Of a stretch of 6,997 nt of DNA, positions 1 through 6,997 are shown one piece after another. Numbering within the stretch: the first letter of the stretch is position 1; every line of letters begins with the position of its first letter. A program made the translations under genes and the position numbers. The notes below the pieces were generated by a model that saw only the letters and a program-made list of their open reading frames with translations, made no database searches and had not been told where the DNA came from. The DNA is from Octopus sinensis (lineage: Eukaryota): positions 1-6,997 of the forward strand of contig NW_021829145.1 of the NCBI RefSeq assembly GCF_006345805.1, given 5' to 3'.

Positions 1-20
1 GCTACTAACGTTTCTGCCAG
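1..20 (-). mobile_element. Possible 5' head of a tRNA-derived SINE (type C) running off the left edge
   Basis: Reverse complement CTGGCAGAAACGTTAGTAGC resembles an A-box head and the type C head at 5381-5399 (GCAGAATAGTTAG). Only 20 nt are visible. Confidence 0.35.
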
Positions 21-239
21 GGAAGAAGCCTAGACATCAGAAGCACAGCTGTGTAGACTAGTGTAGCAGTCAGAGTAGGAGAGCACAGTTGAGTAGCAGT
101 CGTAGAGACTAGAACAGAGGGGTCGGGCAGTGTAGAGTTGAGTAGAAGGCATCCGAACGTGCGACATAACAGTCCACGAAGAGGTTTATAGGAGGTCGAT
201 GTAATGCACTAAACAATATATATTGTACTATAGATACTG

Positions 240-447
240 TACTCTTTTACTCTTTTACTTGTTTCAGTCATTTGACTGCGGCCATGCAGGAGCACCGACT
301 TTAGGCGAGCAGATCGACCCCAGGCCTTATTTCTTTCTTTGTAAGCCTATTACTTATCTATCGGTCTTTTACTGAACCGCGAAGTTACGGGGACGTAAAC
401 ACACCAGCATCGGTTGTCAAGTGATGTTGGGGGGATAAACACAGATG

Positions 448-481
<34 letters not shown>

Positions 482-598
482 TATATATATATATATTATA
501 TATATAACATATATTATCATATATTATTATATATATACTATATATATATAATATTATATATATATATGTACGACGAGCTTCTTTCTGTTTCCGTTTAC
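240..598 (-). mobile_element. 5'-truncated copy of SINE type B
   Basis: Colinear with 4709-4997, roughly 85% identical by eye. It includes an exact 35-nt match (387-421 = 4861-4895), the same (TACTCTTT)n tail and an internal CA/TA microsatellite. Homology stops at 598, before the tRNA head. Confidence 0.9.
448..567. repeat. (CA)n followed by imperfect (TA)n inside SINE B
   Basis: Directly visible. Confidence 0.95.
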
Positions 599-791
599 AT
601 ATATATATATACATATATAAGTATATATGAGTAAGAGGTTAGACAACCATCTAAGGGATAATAAATTTCCAATATACTACTGGAGAGATACCTATTTATA
701 TTCAAAGGTTTCCTGAGGCAAGGTAATAGTACAATTGAATAATAGGTATAAGTGGAGGTAAACAATAGTTTGTCCAGAATTTGTATAAGGC

Positions 792-1152
792 AAGGAAGAA
801 AATAGAGAGATTCGATTGAAAAACACCAGTAGGATATGAATAAATAAATAAATACAACTCCGCTCTGACAGCTGTTTCTGCTTTGGGGCTCCAGTAATGT
901 AAAGTTGACACATCATATAAAAATTGCACTCCAAAGCTTGCATCCTTAACATGATGGACTTACTGACTCTCTGATGAACCTTTGGAGTTCAATTTTTGAG
1001 AAATCTGTTAACTTTAGAATACAGGACTCCCAAAGTAGAAATAACTGTAAGAGCGGAGTTGTTGTTATTTATTTATTTATTTATTCCTATGATTATAATA
1101 AATTAATTTTACTGATGTTTTTCAATTGAATCTCTTCTCCACTTACTTCCTT
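792..1152. repeat. Long imperfect inverted repeat (foldback), possibly an old MITE
   Basis: 854-944 versus the reverse complement of 973-1062 matches 72/91. 807-831 versus 1110-1134 matches 23/25. (TAAA)n pairs with (TTTA)n, and the loop is 28 nt (945-972). Confidence 0.9.
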
Positions 1153-1177
1153 AATTAATTTTCATATATATATATAT

Positions 1178-1391
1178 CAAAAAGTGACCGCGTGTGTACC
1201 GTTGGTGATTTTTTTCCTCCGTCTTCCCTTCTCTGGATCTTTCCTTTTCCTGTGTTTCTGACGAAGAGCTCCGCTCGAAACGTTAAACCCTCCTTCTTCC
1301 CTTCCTTCCTGAGCGTCCAGTAATACTATATTTGTTTCACGTCCTCGCGTTGTTGTGTTTTCTCTTTTGTGTTTTCATGTTTGGATTAACC
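1178..1391 (+). mobile_element. ~215-bp (TA)n-flanked module carrying a hammerhead motif, probably a Penelope-like terminal-repeat derivative
   Basis: Complex sequence bounded by (TA)n at 1164-1177 and 1393-1441, containing CTGACGAA..GAAACGTT. The Penelope link is inferred from the known association of minimal hammerheads with these elements. Confidence 0.6.
1254..1288 (+). ncRNA. Minimal type I hammerhead ribozyme-like motif
   Basis: Stem I GUUU (1254-1257)/AAAC (1285-1288); core CUGACGA (1258-1264) plus an extra A; stem II GAGC-UCC-GCUC (1266-1276); GAAA (1277-1280); palindromic ACGU as stem III; predicted cleavage after GUU (1284). Confidence 0.65.
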
Positions 1392-1392
1392 A

Positions 1393-1441
1393 TTATATAT
1401 ATAATATATATATATATTATATATATATATATATATATATT
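1393..1441. repeat. (TA)n microsatellite
   Basis: Directly visible. Confidence 0.95.
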
Positions 1442-1442
1442 T

Positions 1443-1663
1443 ACATATTGTTATATTTTGGAATGGTCTATTTTGCCAGTTTAACCAATAAAAACACACG
1501 CACTATATATTTGGTGTTATTTTGCTTCAGTGTTATTTATTTTTACATTAATTTTAATCTTATTTCGGCCAGAGTTCTTTCGTCACATTCCAAAATATAA
1601 CAATATCTGTTTCAAACACACGACTTCTTCACATAAAAATCTTGCACAACAATATATAAACGT
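1443..1663 (-). mobile_element. Second ~220-bp (TA)n-flanked module with a perfect 21-bp inverted repeat and a degenerate hammerhead-like core
   Basis: ATATTGTTATATTTTGGAATG (1445-1465) is the exact reverse complement of 1586-1606. The minus strand reads GTGACGAAAG-AACTCT-GGCC-GAAA at 1586-1563. Confidence 0.5.
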
Positions 1664-1719
<56 letters not shown>

Positions 1720-1720
1720 A
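1664..1720. repeat. (TA)n microsatellite
   Basis: Directly visible. Confidence 0.95.
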
Positions 1721-2124
1721 ATAGTATCTCTGTTTGTAGTGGTGCGGATATCGGTTTCGATTTAGAGACTAGACAGTCTTTCAGTTGGCTGTTTAACAAA
1801 CTGGAATGGCTTAAGTGCTGCTGTTGTGAAAGAAAAACCTTAATGACGTCTATACAGCGGTGTCTCTGTGACCGGGAGAAAAAAAAAGGGGAAATAATTC
1901 AATAAAAGAGAAATATATTTAGGTTGTTATTGTGATAAGCAATCATACATGCCTATTTAGACACTCTAATGATGCATTTTGTTTTTAAAAAGTAACAAAC
2001 ATATGATGTGTGTCACATTATTAAGACTTAAGACCAAATCTTGAAAATACAATTAATTAGTTCTGGAGACAACTCGTTACCATTTACAGAGAACATGCAA
2101 TAAATAAGTATATAATGTATAACA

Positions 2125-2540
2125 ATAGAATATAAATGTAAAAATAAAACAAATAAACAAAAGAAACAACGTTGTCTTTATTTAGACACACTTCAGGGTT
2201 ATCAGGACAGTTTTATTTCCGTTCAGATTGAACGATCATCAACCCCACAAGTCGCCAAAAGAAAGCAAGTCTTGTATTAGAAATAACGATATGAATAAAC
2301 CAGAAAAAAAAAATTACAAAACAAATAAATAAAAACGAACTAAGAAAATAAACCAAAAAGACAAAAAAAAAAACGAATATATAATAAGACAAGCTCAGAA
2401 AATAACGCACTATTCTACTATTCTTTAAACCACAATCTAACCGTGACAACAAAAGAAACGGCAATACACAAGAAAACCCCCTTCATATACAAAAAAAAAA
2501 CCCTTACCAAAATATATAAAAATATAAAACATAAAAACAC
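2125..2540. repeat. A-rich low-complexity tract (U-rich on minus strand)
   Basis: Repeated A3-A10 runs broken by C/T. Confidence 0.7.
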
Positions 2541-2657
2541 GCTCTTGTGTTCTTTTCATTTACCATTCCTAATTCTACGACAATAACACAAACACAACCC
2601 CTCGAAAAGTGGCAGCATTATAAGCTACGGCTATTTAAGTATCGGATAGTTCCTTAC

Positions 2658-2705
2658 CGTTTCCTTTATATTCTTGGATTCGACTCGTTTCTGTTAAAAG
2701 ATCTC
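2658..2705 (-). CDS. Candidate 48-nt internal exon (phase 1-1), peptide (G)DLLTETSRIQEYKGN
   Basis: Minus strand reads catattttaccattttcag|GAGATC...GAAACG|gtaagg, with a good acceptor and donor. Length is divisible by 3 and only one frame is open. No protein family recognised. Confidence 0.4.
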
Positions 2706-2744
2706 CTGAAAATGGTAAAATATGGCCTGCGGACGAGTATACCG

Positions 2745-2895
2745 CATGTATGCATGTATGAGCGTACGCTTGTTTATATGCATGTATGTATGTATATCTA
2801 TCTGTCTGTCTGTCTGTGTGTCTGTTTGTCTGTCTGTCTGTCTCTATCTACCTACCTACCTACCTACCTACCTACCTACCTATCTATCTATCTAC

Positions 2896-2931
<36 letters not shown>

Positions 2932-3004
2932 ATATCTATCTATCTACCTACCTACCTACCTACCTACCTATCTATCTACCTTCTCTCTATCTATCTATCT
3001 ATCA

Positions 3005-3035
<31 letters not shown>

Positions 3036-3157
3036 AATCTATCTATCTATCTATCTGTCTGTCTGTCTGTATGTATGTATGTATATATATATATGTAAAC
3101 ATATATATATACATATATATATTATATATAATATATATATATAATAATTATATATAT

Positions 3158-3188
<31 letters not shown>

Positions 3189-3200
3189 ATTTATATATAT
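2745..3200. repeat. Compound microsatellite: (TATG)/(TCTG)/(CTAC)/(TATC) blocks then (TA)n
   Basis: Directly visible; it generates the spurious ORFs at 2547-3295. Confidence 0.97.
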
Positions 3201-3497
3201 GCTTGTATAAACCTATTTCGTCCAGTAACCACTCCCTTCTCGCATATCTATCCGTACATCCACCAACCTATCCATTCACCCCGCACCACCCATAACAAAA
3301 GCATTCACCGCATCTCCTGCCCTCCTCTTCAACAGAATTCTCCACTGACACCACCACAACTACCACACATACACACACACACACACCCATCACTGTGCTA
3401 ACATCACCACGGCGACCATCGTTGTTTTAGGAGATATGGACAATTGGCGCGAAAATTGCCATACAATGTCAAGTGATTGTTCGTCTCCTTCAGCAGT

Positions 3498-3498
<1 letters not shown>

Positions 3499-3547
<49 letters not shown>

Positions 3548-3569
3548 ACACACATACACACACACACAC
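3499..3569. repeat. (CA)n microsatellite
   Basis: Directly visible. Confidence 0.97.
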
Positions 3570-3636
3570 GCGCAAATACGTAGTTTCTTTATAGATACTT
3601 AACGCACACTCTCTCAAATATACACTCGCTCACCCA

Positions 3637-3875
3637 TATGTATATATATGCATATATATATATGCATATATATATATATATATGCATCTATATATTTTAT
3701 GCATTATATATATATATATACATATATATAAATATATATATATGCATATACATACATATGTATGTATGTATGTATATATCTATCTATCTATCTCTATATA
3801 TAATATATATATATATATAATATATAATATAATATATATATATTATATATATATATAACACATATATATACATAA
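3637..3875. repeat. Imperfect (TA)n/(TATG)n/(TATC)n tract
   Basis: Directly visible. Confidence 0.95.
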
Positions 3876-3899
3876 CATCTTCACATATCTTCATTTAGT

Positions 3900-3981
3900 C
3901 ATACGCTCACACGCACACTCCCCCACACAGAAACACTCTCTCACACACACACATACAGACACACACACACATGCAAATGCG

Positions 3982-4017
<36 letters not shown>

Positions 4018-4020
4018 AAC
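3900..4020. repeat. Interrupted (CA)n tract
   Basis: Directly visible. Confidence 0.9.
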
Positions 4021-4124
4021 ACTCATAAAGATTGAGTGACGCACATGTCCCGAGGGCTCTCGTTAATAGATCTCTGAGTGGATTGATGGCAATGAATTGA
4101 CAGTCATTTGAAGAACATGTAATA

Positions 4125-4300
4125 TTGTTGTTGTTGCTGTTGTTTTTGTTGTTACGGTCGTTTAGCCTCAGGTTATGTCTGATCGACCATATCTCTGATC
4201 GAAGTTATTCCAGCCATGACCATCCTTCCATTATTTAAGACACTGGACTTCATAATTAATTTGGCTGCTATTTTCAACACATCAGTCGACCAATCTATTT
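4125..4300 (-). mobile_element. Decayed 3' end of a non-LTR retroelement with (CAA)n tail, copy 1
   Basis: (TTG)n at 4125-4152 abuts a body that recurs in the window: 4216-4243 vs 4485-4512 matches 24/28, and 4160-4186 vs 5820-5846 matches 20/27. Confidence 0.6.
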
Positions 4301-4355
4301 TATGGGCTTGTCTTGTCGTTTCTCATTGTTTTTGCTGTTACTGTTAAAGGATTAG

Positions 4356-4447
4356 CATTCTGAGATCAAATCTCGCTGGGGTCAACTTTTTCTTTATATT
4401 TTCTGGGTTCGTTAAAACTAAGTACTTGCTAAATAGCGGGGTTCATC
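4356..4447 (+). mobile_element. Degenerate SINE type C fragment
   Basis: A B-box-like GAGATCAAATC followed by sequence colinear with 5670-5760 (ctgagatcaaatctcgctggggtcaacttt vs ttgagttcaaatcctgccgagataaacctt). Confidence 0.6.
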
Positions 4448-4449
4448 TG

Positions 4450-4585
4450 CCTAAATTAGATCTGTGATCATCGGCGTTCTAAATATGACCATCATTCCTC
4501 TATTTAAAACACCGTGTCAGAAACGACAACATTGTTCCAAGAAGGTAAAATTGGTTTCAGGATTAACAAAGTTGCTGTTTTCAGC
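4450..4585 (-). mobile_element. Decayed retroelement 3' end, copy 2
   Basis: 24/28 match of 4485-4512 to 4216-4243; boundaries approximate. Confidence 0.5.
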
Positions 4586-4706
4586 ATAACTCGGAGGTTA
4601 GAACGTCGGGCTCCCAATCAGGAGATAGTGAGTTCAATTGGCGGACGAGGCTGTGTGTTGTGTTCTTGAACGAGACACTTTATTTCCCGTTGCTGTAGTT
4701 CACACA
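4583..4706 (+). mobile_element. SINE type A, 5' part (tRNA-derived head plus core)
   Basis: A-box-like TAACTCGGAGG (4587-4597), B-box-like GAGTTCAATTG (4630-4640), then GTGTTCTTGAACGAGACACTT resembling conserved SINE core domains. It ends abruptly at the SINE B tail. Confidence 0.75.
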
Positions 4707-4708
4707 TA

Positions 4709-5134
4709 CTCTTTTTTTAACTCTTTTTACTTGTTTCAATAATTTGACTATGGCCATGCTGGAGCACCGCCTTTAGTTGATCGAGCAAATCTATCCCAGG
4801 ACTTTTTCTTTGTAAGCCTAGTACATATTCTATCGGTCTCTTTTGCCGAACCGCTAAGTGACGGGGACGTAAACACACCAGCATCGGTTGTCAAGCGATG
4901 TTAGGGTGGGTGGTGCACAAACCCAGACACACAAACATACACACACACACATACATACATATACATATATACGACAGGCTTCTTTCAGTTTCAGTCTACC
5001 AAATTCACTCACAAGGCTTTGGTCGACCCGAGGCTATAGTAGAAGACACTTGCCCAAGGTGCCACGTAGTGGGACTGAACCCAGTACCATGTGGTTCGTA
5101 AGCAAGCTACTTACCACACAGCCACTCCTACGCC
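4709..5134 (-). mobile_element. Full-length tRNA-derived SINE type B (CORE-like)
   Basis: Minus strand: GGCG start, A box TGGCTGTGTGG (5124-5114), B box GGTTCAGTCCC (5081-5071), CORE-like CCTTGGGCAAGT, an internal TA/TG microsatellite and a (GAGTAAAA)-like tail. A second copy lies at 240-598. Confidence 0.92.
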
Positions 5135-5136
5135 TA

Positions 5137-5355
5137 TGTAGAAATGATTTGCTACGTCACTGGTGCCAAGCATTATCGGCTTTTGCCTTTCCCTTAGACA
5201 ACATTAGTTGGGTGGAGAGATGAGGCTGGTATGCATGGGCGTCTGCTGGTCTTCCATGAACATCCTTACCCGGGCTTGTGCCTCTGAAGTAACATTCTAG
5301 GGGTAATCCCTTCGCCGTTCATTTCTAGGTCTAATCCCATGGTCATTTGTCACTG
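5137..5355 (+). mobile_element. SINE type A, 3' part
   Basis: GC-richer body resumes right after the SINE B head. The join with 4583-4706 rests on my recollection of this repeat family and needs confirming by alignment. Confidence 0.6.
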
Positions 5356-5380
5356 TTGTAACTGCTTTTATGTCCGATTG

Positions 5381-5790
5381 ATTCGCAGAATAGTTAGAGC
5401 AGTGCTTTTCAAACGTTTTGCTGAAGCGGAACCCCAAAGAAACATTCCACTGGCTCGAGGAACCCCTGTGCAATAATTTAGTAGTCTTATGCACACATAT
5501 CTGCACAGGAGAATTAAAAATTACTGCCGATTTTAGCAGTTTTGTAACTTCTTGCGGAACCCCTGGACAGTACTGGCGGAACCCTAAGGTTCCGTGGAAC
5601 CCTGGTTGAAAACCACTGAGTTAGAGTGTCGTACAAAAATGCCTTGCGGTCTTAGTTTCAAATATTTACGCTTTGAGTTCAAATCCTGCCGAGATAAACC
5701 TTGCCTTTCACCCTTTCGGAGTCGATGAAATAAAGTATCAGATACCGGAATCAATTTAATTCATTAAACCCTCCTTCTAAATTTATTTCC
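5381..5790 (+). mobile_element. SINE type C interrupted by a MITE
   Basis: The head GCAGAATAGTTAGAG (5385-5399) continues after the MITE; B box GAGTTCAAATCC at 5675-5686; homologous to 4356-4447. Confidence 0.7.
5400..5618. mobile_element. 219-bp hAT (Charlie-type) MITE
   Basis: TIRs CAGTGCTTTTCAA / TTGAAAACCACTG; perfect 8-bp TSD AGTTAGAG (5392-5399 and 5619-5626); repeated subterminal GGAACCC motifs. Confidence 0.93.
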
Positions 5791-5814
5791 GAACGTCCAT
5801 GCTGAAAACAGCTG

Positions 5815-5985
5815 CTACTGTTTATACCCACGTCATCTCTGATTGAGAGAACATGGCCAGTGAATCCTTATAGAAGTGGCCATCCAGTCCTTTATTGTAT
5901 ATCTAAGACAAGGGTCCAAAGCTATGATTTTAAGGTGATTTGGTTGATAATAGAAGCAGTTTGTGTGACTACCTTGAAGTCCCAT
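5815..5985 (-). mobile_element. Decayed retroelement 3' end, copy 3
   Basis: 20/27 match of 5820-5846 to 4160-4186; GATTTGGTTGATA (~5937) echoes AATTTGGCTGCTA (~4258). Confidence 0.45.
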
Positions 5986-6113
5986 TGTCCTTGCTTGTTG
6001 TCAAATCATCGAGAGAAACTATAAATGAATGCGCCACCCTCGAGAACATTGCAAATTTCCATTAAATCGCGCTCTCTCTCCCTCTATTTTTGCCCCAGTT
6101 TCTTCGTGTATAA

Positions 6114-6987
6114 CAGGGTTTCTCAACCATTTGTGGAACATTTTGGCTATTTTATTCTAGTGAATCCCTATAACCTTTCGCTGCTTATAAGCAAGTTTTA
6201 CAGAAACTTCTTTCAAAATTTCTATTTGGTTTTTCATACATGAACGTCTGTAGGTTGAACTAAGCAAAATGTTAGAGAAAGAAACCCAGCTGTTTGTTGC
6301 AACACATAACAAAACATACATCTAAAGTAGGGGTTCTCCATCATTTTTATCTATGGAGCCTTTCGACTACTATTTTATCTCTCTATGTATAAACGGCAAA
6401 ATGTCTGTCTGTGTGCGTGTGTATCCTTTATACAAATCCACAATTTTTCAGTTAGAGGGCTCGCACTTTCTATGGTCATTCAAAACCGTCCAAGAGTGGT
6501 GGTCGTCACATCTTTACATTTCCCCAGTCACCCCGCAAAGCAATTAAAAAAATCAATAGAAGTGACTTTTTTGTGAATTTTCTATCCAAAACCCAACCAA
6601 AATGCCCGAAACTCGATACGCCAATTGAATGCCAGCTAGCTGTATGTGCGCAGGCACGCAGCTGTATATGCATGCACTAGCACTATGACCCGGCAACGCC
6701 GGGTCATAGTGCTAGTTCTGGATAAACTTCTTTCAAAATTCCTATTTTGTTTTTCCCACATGAACTTGGATAGGTTGAACTCTGAAAAAAATGTTCGAGA
6801 AAGAAACCCAGCAGTTCCTTGCAATACATACCAATACATAAATCTAAAGCAACATTTTTTTTTCAGGGGCCCTTAACATACTACTGTGGATCCGCAATTT
6901 ACTATTTTGTTGCTTGAACACCTTCACCCGCCCCCAAAACTTATATGGATCCTCAGGGGCAATATGAAGCTTGGTTGAGAACCACTG
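6114..6987. mobile_element. Composite non-autonomous hAT (Charlie-type) element with a duplicated left half
   Basis: TIRs CAGGGTTTCTCAACC (6114-6128) and GGTTGAGAACCACTG (6973-6987) match 13/15. TSD GTGTATAA (6106-6113) / GTGGATAA (6988-6995). Internal second left TIR at 6328-6342. Direct repeat 6204-6327 / 6724-6849 at about 83%. Confidence 0.88.
6378..6715 (+). mobile_element. 338-bp non-autonomous Helitron
   Basis: 5' TC after host A6377, 3' CTAG before host T6716, no TSD, GC-rich terminal hairpin. Removing it restores CTATTTTATTCT, which also occurs in the uninterrupted MITE copy near 6147-6158. Confidence 0.9.
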
Positions 6988-6997
6988 GTGGATAATG

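Noticed and set aside
30-215. Purine-rich stretch with AGTAG/AGCAG echoes and a SINE-core-like GGTCGATGTAAT
   Set aside because: No stable period; probably a decayed simple repeat or noisy consensus.
692-952. Two overlapping minus-strand ORFs
   Set aside because: Short, AT-rich, overlapping the foldback arm, and with no recognisable domain.
1355-1724. ORFs of 81 and 64 aa
   Set aside because: They run through (TA)n and repeat modules and give YI runs with no coding signature.
2547-3295. Long ORFs of 183, 140 and 169 aa
   Set aside because: They are translations of stop-free tetranucleotide repeats (YLSI/YLPT runs).
3446-3455. E2F-like site TTTTCGCGCC on the minus strand
   Set aside because: A single short motif with no promoter context.
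3421-3500. Possible plus-strand acceptor (gttgttttag|GAGAT) with frame DMDNWRENCHTMS
   Set aside because: Only weak donors follow, and the frame runs into (CA)n.
5062-5134. tRNA-like sequence
   Set aside because: It has A and B boxes but no convincing cloverleaf, and it continues into a SINE core and tail, so it is a SINE head rather than a tRNA gene.
4888-5223. 111-aa and 67-aa ORFs
   Set aside because: They lie within SINE sequence, and the longer one crosses a SINE-SINE junction.
5295-5338. 16-bp imperfect direct repeat flanking 12 bp
   Set aside because: Probably a small local duplication in the SINE A 3' end.
1-6997. CRISPR array or prokaryotic system
   Set aside because: No regularly spaced repeat-spacer units, no operon-like ORFs, and a clearly eukaryotic repeat landscape.

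Overview
AT-rich, microsatellite-dense eukaryotic DNA with no convincing full-length gene. All tracked ORFs arise from simple repeats, low-complexity DNA or transposon sequence. The repeat content resembles coleoid cephalopod (Octopus-like) DNA; this is pattern recognition, not a database result. The window is mostly a stack of small non-autonomous mobile elements. There are three tRNA-derived SINE types (here called A, B, C) and three decayed copies of a (CAA)n-tailed retroelement end. There are also two hAT/Charlie-type MITEs with 8-bp target duplications and a 338-bp Helitron. Three nested insertions can be reconstructed from the sequence alone. The most notable items are a minimal type I hammerhead-ribozyme motif (1254-1288) in a ~215-bp module embedded in (TA)n, and a similarly built opposite-strand module next to it. 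A ~360-bp imperfect foldback (792-1152) and a candidate 48-nt minus-strand exon (2658-2705) also stand out.
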